Shown here: positions 9,671-20,361 of the stretch, one piece after another
Position numbering within the stretch: position 1 is the first letter of the stretch
Layout: each line of letters starts with the position of its first letter
From: an uncultured Poribacteria bacterium
GTDB taxonomy: Bacteria > Poribacteria > WGA-4E > WGA-3G
NCBI GenBank assembly: GCA_951813565.1
Contig: OX638351.1
Span: 4,544,001-4,608,000, forward strand
Length of the DNA stretch: 64,000 bases
Direction of reading: 5' to 3'
Made by a program: the position numbers and the translations under genes
Notes under the pieces: generated by a model
Database searches by the model: none
What the model saw: the letters and a program-made list of their open reading frames with translations, nothing else
Told to the model about the DNA's origin: nothing

Positions 9671-10506
9671 TCAATCAATAACAAGAAATTCGTATCCTGT
9701 CGCTTTGTTCTGCTTTAATTCTTCATAGCTTGCAAATACACTCTTTCTCTGACCTGGGTATCCCCCCTGATATCCGCTCAGAATGTATTTCGCGTAATAC
9801 TTCAGTGCTTCCACTTTGTGTCCTGCAGCAAGTTCTTTATCCTCTTCAGGGTTGCCACTGCTGTATTCAGCCGCACTACCAAAAGGATCATCTTCCGGAT
9901 GTGCCAAAAACACCCAAAGACCGTGGTTTATACGCGCAATGTCAAAGTAAGCCATGTAGAGATCAGTAAGTCCACTTTTCTCGTACTTCTTGACATAGGC
10001 ATACAGTGCTTTGAGGTTATTTTGCGCATCTTGAGGTATTGGATAGCCCTCTTGTATAAGATAGTATTCAGCTGCAGGACGCCAACTACTGTTTGGATAA
10101 AGCTCAACCAAGCGTTTCAGGAAGCCATAATAATACAAATAGCCGCCCCCATTTCAAAGTAAGTGAAACGAGCCCCGTACTCATTGATGGTTTTGATTTT
10201 ATTCATTACTTTTGTATAGGCAACTTTTCTAAGGTCAGGGTCCTTCTGCTTTTGTGCTTCCCATTTTTCTTCATCAAGAATATCACTTAGTTTTTCAGAA
10301 AGCATGTTTGCGAGCCACAGTGCTTTCTCTTGCTCATCGCTTTTTCGATCTGTCATCAACAAAGGTTCCAGCGCGACCAGGGCATCATAAAACTTTAACT
10401 CTGTGATTAACGCCTCACTCTTTTCAAGTGGATTTTTATCTTCACCAAACGATAGCGTCAAAGTGAAAAGATAAAGCGAAATAACGAGAAACGTTTGCAA
10501 TTTCAT
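9671..10506 (-). pseudogene. Secreted helical (TPR-like) protein split by a one-base deletion
   Basis: ORFs 10117-10506 and 9671-10138 join as FEMGGGYLYYYGFLKR if one G is added to the run at 10146-10150; may be a sequencing error. Confidence 0.7.
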
Positions 10507-10715
10507 CTTATATCTCCTTATCGGTTGTAGTTAAAACCAGCGAACGCCACAAAATGGATTCCGCAGATTAGGGATGTCGCGAGGTAGACCTCGCTCCTAC
10601 AAGAAGAAATAGTGTTTATAAGCACACCTACAAGGAAGGAGGGCTAATCAAACTTTACACACTCCCAAATCATTCCACTCTTCAATTGTTTGTTTCTGTC
10701 TTAAGCGCCTTATAC

Positions 10716-11654
10716 CTAATGGTATCGCTTTAAATCCTGTGTCAATACTTGGAGTTGTTTCTGTATTTTGGGTGGGACGCGCGGGTTAAATGGACCTCCG
10801 CTACCTGCTTCAACATCGTCAAAACCACTTAAAATCATCGCTTCAACTACAGCGGAATAGTTATAGACGCGCTCGTTCATGAAACGGATCTCTTCAAGCG
10901 GTGCAATGTCAGCTTCAATGCGTGCAGAGGTTTCGTAATCACCACGGCGTTGTGCGTTATTGATTTCGTCTGAAGCACGCGCAAATGCGACTGCAATACC
11001 AGATGTATGTCCTTTCGTACCAAGTTGTGCTGGGCGCGTGCATCTGTCACCGATACCCCACATCACAATTCCACTGTTGCCAATGCCTTCAATGAGTGGT
11101 TGTATAGCTTCTTCATCTGTTCCAATTTTCACCCCAATAAAATGTGGTGAATCATTCAATAACCGGACGACTGCTGCTAAATCGCGCTTTTGCCGAAAAT
11201 AATAAAGAAAACGCGCGTGGCATTTACTGCCGTAGTTTTCTGCGAATTTCATATATTCTTCATAGACACCCTCTGGATTGGATATTCCTGTTAACGGCAT
11301 CAATAGAAATGCATCTGGGGGTCTGTTAAGTTCAGATTGCGCTTCAATAAGTTGTCCCGCTTGCCGAATCGGATTCGGAACAATTCCAGATATGAGGATA
11401 CCGTCATCACCCATCTGTTGACCTGTTTTTTCAATGAGGCGTAACTGCTGCGTTTCAGCAATGTGGTGTATTAGACTGGTACCCGCAATTGCGATAACGC
11501 GTTTTCGTCCTTCATCAAGGTAGTTGTGACTCATCAAATAATCAATATTCTTTGTATGCCCAACATAATCAATCTTATTACCTTTGAAAGGAATAATTGG
11601 AATTGCTGTAACGGAATTTAGAGCGTCTAATAAAAGTGGTAACGCTAATGGCAT
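10716..11654 (-). CDS. Dihydrodipicolinate synthase/N-acetylneuraminate lyase-family TIM-barrel protein
   Basis: TAIPIIPF, LYY and IGVKIG (Schiff-base Lys); divergent member. Confidence 0.7.
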   Translation of the reverse strand: MPLALPLLLDALNSVTAIPIIPFKGNKIDYVGHTKNIDYLMSHNYLDEGRKRVIAIAGTSLIHHIAETQQLRLIEKTGQQMGDDGILISGIVPNPIRQAGQLIEAQSELNRPPDAFLLMPLTGISNPEGVYEEYMKFAENYGSKCHARFLYYFRQKRDLAAVVRLLNDSPHFIGVKIGTDEEAIQPLIEGIGNSGIVMWGIGDRCTRPAQLGTKGHTSGIAVAFARASDEINNAQRRGDYETSARIEADIAPLEEIRFMNERVYNYSAVVEAMILSGFDDVEAGSGGPFNPRVPPKIQKQLQVLTQDLKRYH

Positions 11655-11666
11655 ATATTCCTCCTA

Positions 11667-12467
11667 TTAAAACTTTTTCTTTAGAACGAGTACTCCAGTC
11701 AGTGTCCCTGTTGACATATCAGTTTGCAAATCAATTTCAACGGAACGGGTCTGTTGCTGTTTTTGATTCCAACGTTTAGCAGTAATACGCGCTTCAACCG
11801 CACTGAAAACATGGTTGAAAATCACCAAACCTAAAACTGTACGTGCACTTTGAAATGTATCATTTGCTTTTTGTCTTAGGTCAAAAGCCTCCAACCGATA
11901 TTTCGAGTCAAACTCAATAGTACCATCTCGTTCATTTTTCAGTAATGGATCCAGGTCTTTCCAGTACCATTTACCTGTCCGTGTTCGGGTTTCCTCTGAG
12001 TCATAGACATGATTCCAGTTCTCATATTGTGTGGCGTGTTCAAAATCCTCAATTGGATCCCATGCTTCAAAATTACCGGGGCCTTCAAAGATTATATTCT
12101 GTCTGACAACTTCTCGGTAATCGTCGCGTGTGTTTACAGCGTTGTTCCGCAAAATAAAATAGGTTACAAGCAGCCCCACTTCAGCAGCCGTGTAAATATA
12201 GCCGTGCTTTGCGCCGGTGTAGAGTTGCCCCATGCCTGGAATGGCAAGTGAATAAAGAAACGCTTCATTTGCGGACTTTCGCGGGACAAGACTTTCGTTT
12301 GCTGTCGTAGAGACAGTAGATTGGTTTATCAACACTCGGATTCCGAGATTAGAATCGAGATAGAAATTTGTGAGTGGACTCACCTGGGAACCATTGGATG
12401 ATAGGCATATACCAGACGATAGACATAAAATAATTAGAGACAAAAAAATTGTAAGGTTCGATTTCAC
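11667..12467 (-). CDS. Exported/outer-membrane protein, DUF5683-like
   Basis: Signal peptide, KS..AFLYSLAIPGMGQLY motif, terminal beta-strand ending in Phe. Confidence 0.65.
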   Translation of the reverse strand: MKSNLTIFLSLIILCLSSGICLSSNGSQVSPLTNFYLDSNLGIRVLINQSTVSTTANESLVPRKSANEAFLYSLAIPGMGQLYTGAKHGYIYTAAEVGLLVTYFILRNNAVNTRDDYREVVRQNIIFEGPGNFEAWDPIEDFEHATQYENWNHVYDSEETRTRTGKWYWKDLDPLLKNERDGTIEFDSKYRLEAFDLRQKANDTFQSARTVLGLVIFNHVFSAVEARITAKRWNQKQQQTRSVEIDLQTDMSTGTLTGVLVLKKKF

Positions 12468-12640
12468 TTTGATGGTACTACCTCAAATAAAAATAGTAGA
12501 TTTTAGAATTTTTAATACGTAGTCACTCGGTACGCTTACAAAGCGCGCCTACATTATTATCCGTCTTAACTGAAAGTCGTGACCCGCCAAATGCCAAAGG
12601 CGCATTTGGCGTTGATTCGAGGTCACTCCTACAGACTAAT

Positions 12641-13753
12641 TTAAAAGGCGACGATTCCTGTCGCTTCAATAAGCCGTGCTTGGCTGGGACCGAAACGGGG
12701 CCCGTATGTCAAATCTATATTAAATAGATACACCTTCACGCCAATACCGTAGGTGAAATAATCTGTTAACTCAGGCAGGTCAATACCCGGCTCAGACTTG
12801 TAGCCTACGCGTAATGCCAATAGGTTACCGAGCCAGTACTCTAAACCAAGATTCTTTTGCAGATGTCGCCATTCAAATGCGCGAATACCTACGCCTCTAT
12901 CAGACAGCAGCTGTTCTTGGGTAAGTTTTTCAGTTCTATCTACGTTAAGCCGTTCTAAATCTGCGGCTAATTCCGTCTCATTCTCCGTCAATTTATCAAT
13001 ATATGCGGCGATTCCACTAACAAAGCGAAGATGGTTATACCTATCACGATAGAGAATCGTAGAAGTTCCAACCCTAAGCATTCTCGGTAATGGATCTGCT
13101 TGGTTTTCATCAATAAAAGAGATACCAGGTCCTATGTTCTGGACTACCACACCTAAAGTTGTAGGCACTAAATCCAACGGAAGAAGATACTGCATTCCTA
13201 AATCAACAGCATAAGAACTGCCTGTTTCTCTACCAAGTACCATCCGTATCATCTTACCGTTGATGCCTGCTGTCAAAGAGCCGGTTATAGCGTCTGCATA
13301 AGAGAAGGTCAAAGCCATGTTGGTGCCGAGGCTTTCTTCACGGAGAACATCAGGAGAATCGCTTGTTACTTGAATAGTGCCTTGCCCTTGTAACTGAAGC
13401 GTAGCACCAACAGTTCCAGCATTTCCCAGCGGCATTGCCCCAGAAATGAATGTATAATATAAGCCTTCACCTGCTTCACCGAATGGTCCGCTATAATCCG
13501 TATAAAACATAGAGGCTTGCGCCCCTTGTTTACCAGAACGTAATTTACTTTCTGGCATCTCCGCCAACCCGCTTGGATTCCAAAGCGATGTGGTAACATC
13601 ACCAGACATAGCGGAAAATGCATCACCCATGGCTCTGGCACGAGCACCGCCGCCTAAGTTAAGGATTTGCGCACCTGTCCGACCTGGACCCGCAAAAACT
13701 GTGGTTGGCAGAAAAAAAACTACTGATAAAAGTAGTGCGAAATATCTCATCAT
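12641..13753 (-). CDS. PorV/PorQ (UPF0164)-family outer-membrane beta-barrel
   Basis: GAQILNLGGGARARAMGDAF...WNPSGLA N-terminus, AVDLG, NIGP, PLP..LRVG, LALRVGY, terminal Phe. Start uncertain (13753 or 13807). Confidence 0.85.
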   Translation of the reverse strand: MMRYFALLLSVVFFLPTTVFAGPGRTGAQILNLGGGARARAMGDAFSAMSGDVTTSLWNPSGLAEMPESKLRSGKQGAQASMFYTDYSGPFGEAGEGLYYTFISGAMPLGNAGTVGATLQLQGQGTIQVTSDSPDVLREESLGTNMALTFSYADAITGSLTAGINGKMIRMVLGRETGSSYAVDLGMQYLLPLDLVPTTLGVVVQNIGPGISFIDENQADPLPRMLRVGTSTILYRDRYNHLRFVSGIAAYIDKLTENETELAADLERLNVDRTEKLTQEQLLSDRGVGIRAFEWRHLQKNLGLEYWLGNLLALRVGYKSEPGIDLPELTDYFTYGIGVKVYLFNIDLTYGPRFGPSQARLIEATGIVAF

Positions 13754-13897
13754 AAAAGCATGCTTAGTTTCATAAGAACCTGCGTAGGGAACTCTATGAA
13801 ATAGCACCTCCTCTGTATCTATTTTTGTTAAAAATTTACTTTATATTATTATAACATATATTTTAACGTAAATCACTTTTTCAGGTTTACATTCAAT

Positions 13898-13935
13898 AAA
13901 AAGAAATAGGCAGATACCCAAATGGGTACCTGCCT
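13898..13935 (-). terminator. Intrinsic terminator after the TolB-like gene (copy at 16872-16909)
   Basis: aggcagataccca/tgggtacctgcct stem with a U-rich tract on the minus strand. Confidence 0.65.
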
Positions 13936-13961
13936 GTGTTAGAAATCGGTTTTTTTGTGTC

Positions 13962-14978
13962 CTACTGCGCTAATTCCTGCTTCAAATATCCCCAGCGAGT
14001 CGTCACTTTCTCCGCAGGAGACACGGCAAGCGGCCCTTCAACCCAATGCGGAAACAAAGCATGCCCTTGTGGAAAATCGGTGAGCTTCGTCATGCGACGG
14101 CTATTCAGATCATACCGATGGATATTACGGGTACCCCCCGTTTCTTGATATGAAAGCAGCACGGTGTTATCATCCCCCATCCACGTTAAACCGGCCACCT
14201 GCCCATATTTCCCCTCCGGTGTGGGGAGCTTGTGGACATCGCGCGCGTTCGTGGACACCTTATGAATAATAAGGCGTCTCGCTACGGGCTTCAGATCTAC
14301 CTCATGATACATGATGTATCTACCGGAGGGGGACCAGCACGCATAACCACGAACAGTAAGGGTGGCAGGGGCAGGGACGATCTGTTCTTTTTTGCCACCA
14401 TCAGCATTCATGACCCAGATAGCCTCTCCATTGTGATAAACAATCCGGCTACCGTCAGGAGACCAACGCGGCGCTTGGGTCCACCCGCCTTCTATTTCGT
14501 TATTTGTCAGCGCAGTGAGTTTGTCACGTGCTAAGTCGTAGACGTAAATATCTAACTCGCCCGTCCGGCGACTGTCAAAGGCGATGTACCTACCATCTGG
14601 AGAGGGGTCGGGGCTTGTGTCTTTTCGATGGGGGTCCACGATAAAGCTGTATTCATTGCGTCCTGTTTCATCTATGATGAATAATTCTCTATGTATTGTT
14701 GTCCCTGTGTTCCATTTGCCTTCCCCCCAGTCTCTTTCGAACACGATCCGTTTGCCATCAGGAAACCATCGCGGCGTTCTATCATAACGATGGGGGGGCG
14801 TAATTCTGCGTAAGTTGCTGCCGTCATCCTCCATCGCATAGATATGATAGCGCGTTGCTCCCAGATGTTTCAGTCCTGCTTGGAACACTATTTTGGCATT
14901 GCTATTCAACTGACAAAGCAAGAAAATAGCAAAACAGCCGAACAGATGCAAAAGTGTTGGACAACGTTTCATTATCAT
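13962..14978 (-). CDS. Secreted TolB-like (PD40) beta-propeller with WGxLK tail, copy 1
   Basis: AAGGAG RBS before ATG 14978; repeated WFPDG/SPDG/WSPDG; ends LAVSPAEKVTTRWGYLKQELAQ. Confidence 0.88.
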   Translation of the reverse strand: MIMKRCPTLLHLFGCFAIFLLCQLNSNAKIVFQAGLKHLGATRYHIYAMEDDGSNLRRITPPHRYDRTPRWFPDGKRIVFERDWGEGKWNTGTTIHRELFIIDETGRNEYSFIVDPHRKDTSPDPSPDGRYIAFDSRRTGELDIYVYDLARDKLTALTNNEIEGGWTQAPRWSPDGSRIVYHNGEAIWVMNADGGKKEQIVPAPATLTVRGYACWSPSGRYIMYHEVDLKPVARRLIIHKVSTNARDVHKLPTPEGKYGQVAGLTWMGDDNTVLLSYQETGGTRNIHRYDLNSRRMTKLTDFPQGHALFPHWVEGPLAVSPAEKVTTRWGYLKQELAQ

Positions 14979-15050
14979 GGCAAAGCTCCTTTCGTGTAGA
15001 GTCTGCGGGCCTTTATGAGAGCCCACAGACAATAGAATAGCAGAAAGTTA

Positions 15051-15349
15051 TTAATTAAGCGGAGGATCAGAAAGATTGAGTTCCTCGGAGTCGGAGACGT
15101 TGAGTTCATCTATATTTGCTCCGCCGTCTATGGGTTGTGCGGTGGCAGTGATCTCCGCTTGAACAAGATACTTGTGACCTTCTAGTAGATTGCTCCCATC
15201 AAAGGAGTCGGATTTAGAGTAAGGCGGCGCACTATCAGACGATCCGGGGTTTGCCTCAAGCCTTCCCCCTCGGAAGAGTCCCGGAGGCTGGTTCCATAGT
15301 GTATCTGCCGCATTGCCTAAGGGTGTTAAGCGGACAACATTATAAAATA
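15051..15349 (-). pseudogene. 3' fragment of a paralog of gene 18025-18846, truncated at the IS
   Basis: Matches 18025-18314 but ends LNLSDPPLN instead of LNLSRN; no 5' half. Confidence 0.85.
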
Positions 15350-15360
15350 GACATTATAAT

Positions 15361-16818
15361 CAATACCTTCGCCAAAAATAATTGAATAAATAGGGCGTCT
15401 GTCCTAAAGTTATAACAGTTAACCATAACTTAGAAAGGACAATCGCCCATGTCAGAAATTATAGCACTGTTTACTGTTCTTAATCCATGTTTATCCGCAA
15501 CGATGACGCGGCAGTTATGCCGAGTTGTATTCGCACTACTTGCGATGAGTGGTCGGGTAACCATGTTAAATATCTCTCGTTGGACAACCCAAGGCGGTAG
15601 CTACCGCACCATACAACGCTTTTTCAACACTGTTATGTCTTGGACGACGATGTGTTGGATGTTTTTTCGCACGCATCTGTTTGATCGTGAAAGTGACTAC
15701 ATCCTCACAGGAGACGAAGTGGTTGTGCCAAAAGCAGGAAAATCTACTTATGGTTTATCTCGTTTCTTTTCTTCATTGTATGGCAAAGCGGTCCCCGGTT
15801 TGTCGTTTTTAGCCGTGTCCTTAGTGAGTGTCAACCGAAGGCGTTCATACCCGATGGTTATGGAGCAAATCGTGCGTGGCACCTCATCGTCAAATCAAGG
15901 AGTTTGTGCTTCCGAACATCAGGACAACACCGAGACAGCAACACCAAGACATAAATGCGGGCGTCCAAAGGGAAGCCGAAACCGAAACAAAGACGATGTC
16001 ATGCTCAGCGATGTGTTGAAGCAACTTCAAACGATGGTCAAGGCGTTGCTAAAACTGGTTGGCAACTTGATCCCACTCCGTTATCTTGTGCTTGATGGAT
16101 ACTTCGGACATAATAATGCGCTACAAATGACAAAGCAATGTGGACTACATCTCATTTCAAAACTACGCATAGATGCTGCGTTGTATCTGCCACCGACGAC
16201 ACCTTACGCCGGACAAGGGCGCCCACGCATCTACGGAGAGCGTTTCACCCCACGACAGATTGACCCTAAGTATTGTGTTTCTGCCGACACACAGGGAAAC
16301 CTGAGAACCGAAGTGTATCAAATGAACTTACGCCACAAAAAGTTCACAGACTTCCTAAATGTAGTTTGCGTTCTCAAAACGAACTTGACGACGAAACAAC
16401 AAGCACACGTTTTACTGTTCAGTTCTGATTTAGCGTTAGACGCTGAAAAACTGATTGATTATTATTCCCTCCGTTTTCAAATCGAGTTCAACTTCCGCGA
16501 CGCAAAGCAATATTGGGATTACAAGATTTTATGAATGTCAACAAGATACCAGTAAACAATGCAGCGAACCTCTCAATGTTTATGGTGAATGTGAGTGCTA
16601 AACTCATAGATACGCTCCGTTGTAAAAATACTGCGTCCAGTGTTTTAGACCTAAAAGCACGCTACCGAGGTTTGAAGTATTTACACGAAACATTAAAAAT
16701 ACTTCCGCAAAAACCTGAACCTATTGTTATTCAACAAATCGCACAACATTTGGGAACAATCGGTGCTATTCATCACACACAACCAAAACTGAACCCCGGA
16801 TAATTGGCGAAGGTATTG
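15361..16818 (+). mobile_element. IS4/IS701-like insertion sequence, 1458 bp
   Basis: Perfect 15-bp TIR caataccttcgccaa / ttggcgaaggtattg; flanks attataat vs attattat are not an exact duplication. Confidence 0.9.
15449..16803 (+). CDS. DDE transposase with YREK signature, one frameshift
   Basis: GDE, LDGYF and YSLRFQIEFNFRDAK motifs; adding one G at 16515-16517 gives QYWGLQDFMN and a continuous frame. Confidence 0.88.
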
Positions 16819-16935
16819 ATTATTATAACATATATTTTAACGTAAATCACTTTTTCAGGTTTACATTCAATAAAAAGAAATAGGCAGATACCCAAATGGG
16901 TACCTGCCTGTGTTAGAAATCGGTTTTTTTGTGTC

Positions 16936-17952
16936 CTACTGCGCTAATTCCTGCTTCAAATATCCCCAGCGAGTCGTCACTTTCCCCGCAGGAGACACGG
17001 CAAGCGGTCCTTCAACCCAATGCGGAAAGTAAGCATGCCCTTGTGGAAAATCGGTGAGTTTCGTCATCCGACGGCTATTCAGATCATACCGATGGATATT
17101 ACGGGTACCCCCCGTTTCTTGATATGAAAGCAGCACGGTGTTATCATCCCCCATCCACGTTAAACCGGCCACCTGCCCATATTTCCCCTCCGGTGTGGGG
17201 AGCTTGTGGACATCGCGCGCGTTCGTGGACACCTTATGAACAATAAGGCGTCTCGCTACGGGCTTCAGATCTACCTCATGATACATGATGTATCTACCGG
17301 AGGGGGACCAGCACGCATAACCACGAACAGTAAGGGTGGCAGGGGCAGGGACGATCTGTTCTTTTTTGCCACCATCAGCATTCATGACCCAGATAGCCTC
17401 TCCATTGTGATAAACAATCCGGCTGCCGTCAGGAGACCAACGCGGCGCTTGGGTCCACCCGCCTTCTATTTCGTTATTTGTCAGCGCAGTGAGTTTGTCA
17501 CGTGCTAAGTCGTAGACGTAAATATCTAACTCTCCTGTCCGGCGACTGTCAAAGGCGATGTACCTACCATCTGGAGAGGGGTCGGGGCTTGTGTCTTTTC
17601 GATGGGGGTCCACGATAAAGCTGTATTCATTGCGTCCTGTTTCATCTATGATGAATAATTCTCTATGTATTGTTGTCCCTGTGTTCCATTTGCCTTCCCC
17701 CCAGTCTCTTTCGAACACGATCCGTTTGCCATCAGGAAACCATCGCGCCGCAGTATCATAACGATGGGGGGGCGTAATTCTGCGTAAGTTGCTGCCGTCA
17801 TCCTCCATCGCATAGATATGATAGCGCGTATCTCCAGCGTGTTTTATTTTCGCATCAAACACTATTTTTGCAGTGCCATTCAACGGACAAAGCAGGAACA
17901 TAGCAAGAAGGGCCAACACAGGTAAAAGGGTCAGACGACTTTTTATTTTCAT
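16936..17952 (-). CDS. Secreted TolB-like (PD40) beta-propeller with WGxLK tail, copy 2
   Basis: Near-identical to 13962-14978 except the N-terminal ~40 aa and a few codons. Confidence 0.88.
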   Translation of the reverse strand: MKIKSRLTLLPVLALLAMFLLCPLNGTAKIVFDAKIKHAGDTRYHIYAMEDDGSNLRRITPPHRYDTAARWFPDGKRIVFERDWGEGKWNTGTTIHRELFIIDETGRNEYSFIVDPHRKDTSPDPSPDGRYIAFDSRRTGELDIYVYDLARDKLTALTNNEIEGGWTQAPRWSPDGSRIVYHNGEAIWVMNADGGKKEQIVPAPATLTVRGYACWSPSGRYIMYHEVDLKPVARRLIVHKVSTNARDVHKLPTPEGKYGQVAGLTWMGDDNTVLLSYQETGGTRNIHRYDLNSRRMTKLTDFPQGHAYFPHWVEGPLAVSPAGKVTTRWGYLKQELAQ

Positions 17953-18024
17953 AGCATGGCTCCTTTCGTGTAGAGTCTGCGGGCCCTTACGAGAGCCCGC
18001 AGACAATAGAATAGCAGAAAGTTA

Positions 18025-18846
18025 TTAATTACGAGAAAGATTGAGTTCCTCGGAGTCGGAGACGTTGAGTTCATCTATATTTGCTCCGCCGTCTATGGGT
18101 TGTGCGGTGGCAGTGATCTCCGCTTGAACAAGATACGTGTGATCTTCTAGTAGATTGCTCCCATCAAAGGAGTCGGATTTAGAGTAAGGCGGCGCACTAT
18201 CAGACGATCCGGGGTTTGCCTCAAGCCTTCCCCCTCGGAAGAGTCCCGGAGGCTGGTTCCATAGTGTCTCTGCCGCATTGCCTAAGGGTGTTAAGCGGAC
18301 AACATTATAAAATATATTAAACCCATAGTTGATTGGCTCTTCACTGTAGCTTGTAACGCTTGCTGATCCAATGACTTCTGCGGTGCGGCCGTTCCAGCCG
18401 ACATCCATTGATGCGGACATTTGCGCCATCGTCCAGCTTCCCGTCTTTGTGCCCGTTTGTGGCGCGCTGTAGACACTCGCGCTGTAGGAATCAGTGTCAG
18501 AGGGGAACGTATTATTCTCCGCATCAGAAAACCACGCCACTGCCTTTATCGTATAAGTTCTACCGAAAGGAGAACCCGCGCGCGTGCTCAAGTTTTCATA
18601 GACACTTCTCGTGGGAGAGTAGTAGTGCGAAGTCGTCTTTATTTTTAGATTGTCTATATACCAGTCTATAACATATATGTCTTCATCCGCTGACAGAGAT
18701 GCGTCAACGTACGCACCACCCCCAAAATCATTACTTGTATAGACGGACAGCGACGTGATAGACGCTGCATCACTTTGATTGATAATACTGATTAGCAACA
18801 AGGAACATATCGCAATCGCGATCCCGATTGATTTCAATCTGATCAT
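18025..18846 (-). CDS. Secreted Ser/Thr-rich beta-sandwich-like hypothetical protein
   Basis: AAGGAG RBS before ATG 18846; signal peptide ending SDA. Confidence 0.7.
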   Translation of the reverse strand: MIRLKSIGIAIAICSLLLISIINQSDAASITSLSVYTSNDFGGGAYVDASLSADEDIYVIDWYIDNLKIKTTSHYYSPTRSVYENLSTRAGSPFGRTYTIKAVAWFSDAENNTFPSDTDSYSASVYSAPQTGTKTGSWTMAQMSASMDVGWNGRTAEVIGSASVTSYSEEPINYGFNIFYNVVRLTPLGNAAETLWNQPPGLFRGGRLEANPGSSDSAPPYSKSDSFDGSNLLEDHTYLVQAEITATAQPIDGGANIDELNVSDSEELNLSRN

Positions 18847-19038
18847 TTTTCTTTCTCCTTTATATTCAGTTGACATGCTTTTGCTTGCATATCGTCTTAA
18901 ACATTTATCAATCTGGACGGTATTCATCCAGAGGTCATTTTGATTTTGACAGACCCTAAAGGAGAAGTTGGCAGGAAAATAAAAAGTAAACGTTACTGTC
19001 AACTCTAACCTTTGGGCGCGCTGGTTTCCATATTACTA

Positions 19039-19067
19039 TTGCATCAGAGTGATGTTTGTGCTAAAAT
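19039..19067 (+). promoter_or_regulatory. Sigma70-type promoter
   Basis: TTGCAT-17 bp-TAAAAT with extended TG. Confidence 0.5.
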
Positions 19068-19079
19068 GAAAACCAGCCC

Positions 19080-19170
19080 TGTCATAGTATGGTTATGGCA
19101 TGGCCACGCGCTGATAGTGGTGTTTCACTTTTCCACTGTCAGCGCGCCCCAACATTTTGCTGGGTGAAAC
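19080..19170 (+). ncRNA. Candidate structured RNA (three hairpins plus pseudoknot)
   Basis: 14-bp stem 19107-19146; loop gtttcac (19122-19128) is complementary to gtgaaac (19164-19170). Confidence 0.35.
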
Positions 19171-19339
19171 GTGCCCCGGTGTAACACACACTTTCTGTGC
19201 ATTTTTTAACACCTTGTGTAAGGTATACAAAACTTCATAAAACATGTCAACTACTTTTTTAATGAAGTTTAAAAAATATTACGGTAATTATAATTTTCAA
19301 AACTCTGTAGGTGCGGTTTCCTAACCGTGCCAAATTTTT

Positions 19340-19535
19340 CTCTAAATTAATTCAACTTGCTGCCTCTCAATATAGAAAACAAGGTCTTCAGAAAATAAAT
19401 GAACGTAAATACAAGGAAGCCATTGCTGCTTTTACCGAGGCTATCAAGGTGAGCCCTGGTGAATCAAGTGACCATCAGAATAGAGGGACTGCAAAAGAGA
19501 TGTTGCTGTCTCAATCTTGGGACACCACTCTATGA
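19340..19535 (+). pseudogene. TPR-repeat gene remnant
   Basis: YRKQGLQKINERKYKEAIAAFTEAIKVSP...HQNRGTAK is a TPR pattern; no credible start, REP hairpin immediately upstream. Confidence 0.6.
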
Positions 19536-19938
19536 CTATGAGGATGTGAAGCGTTGGGCTGAATCTGTCTCGAATATTTTCGGGTTGATTGGAAAAGGTG
19601 TTTCTCGTCGTATGCTTTTTGAAAGAGTATACCGTCCAAGTGCTCCTCAAAATCTGCGCTATTTGAACTGGAACGAAACATATAAGCGATATCGGTAATT
19701 GTTTTTGGGTGAGAATTGTTACTCTGAAGTGAGGTAATGTGTATAGTGCCTGAAATGGATGTTGACACACTCATCTATAGATTGTATAATATGGCAAGTG
19801 TCAAACAATTAAGGGTGCGATTTTTGGTATAATTCGTCCGATATAACTCCCTCAATATTACTGTTGTAGAGATAACTGGAACGAATTGCCCCAAGATTGC
19901 ACGGTCAAATTGCCAGATTTATTGAGGAGGACAAATCT

Positions 19939-20349
19939 ATGAATGGCACCGAAAAAGTCGTAAAGCATCTGGAAATGACACAAGCCGTTATTAACCGTTT
20001 GGGACGCAACAGTTTTCTCTTAAAAAGCTGGAGCATGACAATCCTCGTTGCAGCAATGGTCTTAATCGCTAAACCTGATTTACCAAGTCCATATTTTAAC
20101 CTTGTGCTCCTAATTCCTGTTATGGGGTTTTGGGGTTTAGATGGATATTTCCTTATGCAGGAAAGACGGTTCCGAGAAATCTACAAGGAAATTAGCCAGC
20201 AGGAAAATACCGATTTTGAGATGGACCCCAAAAAACATAAAAATGAGCCGAAATGTAGTTGGATATCTGCATTTTTTTCAATTACGCTTATTATTTTTTA
20301 TCTAATAGAGGTCCTTTTTGTGAGTGTAATTACTTATTTTTCTAATTGA
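19939..20349 (+). CDS. Small 3-TM protein, putative effector paired with a TIR gene
   Basis: GAGGAGG RBS; HLEMTQAVINRL..NSFLLKSWS and FWGLDGYFLMQERRFR; three hydrophobic segments. Confidence 0.75.
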   Translation: MNGTEKVVKHLEMTQAVINRLGRNSFLLKSWSMTILVAAMVLIAKPDLPSPYFNLVLLIPVMGFWGLDGYFLMQERRFREIYKEISQQENTDFEMDPKKHKNEPKCSWISAFFSITLIIFYLIEVLFVSVITYFSN

Positions 20350-20361
20350 TATAGGGATGCT

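Larger units (their letters stand above)
13845..18314. repeat. Direct duplication: 13845-15349 and 16819-18314
   Basis: Near-identical sequence at offset 2974, changing to 2965 after a 9-bp indel; the IS sits between the copies. Confidence 0.95.

Noticed and set aside
13962..18006. Diversity-generating retroelement (template/variable repeat pair)
   Set aside because: No reverse transcriptase. Differences are not adenine-specific and concentrate in the signal peptide, and whole genes are duplicated.
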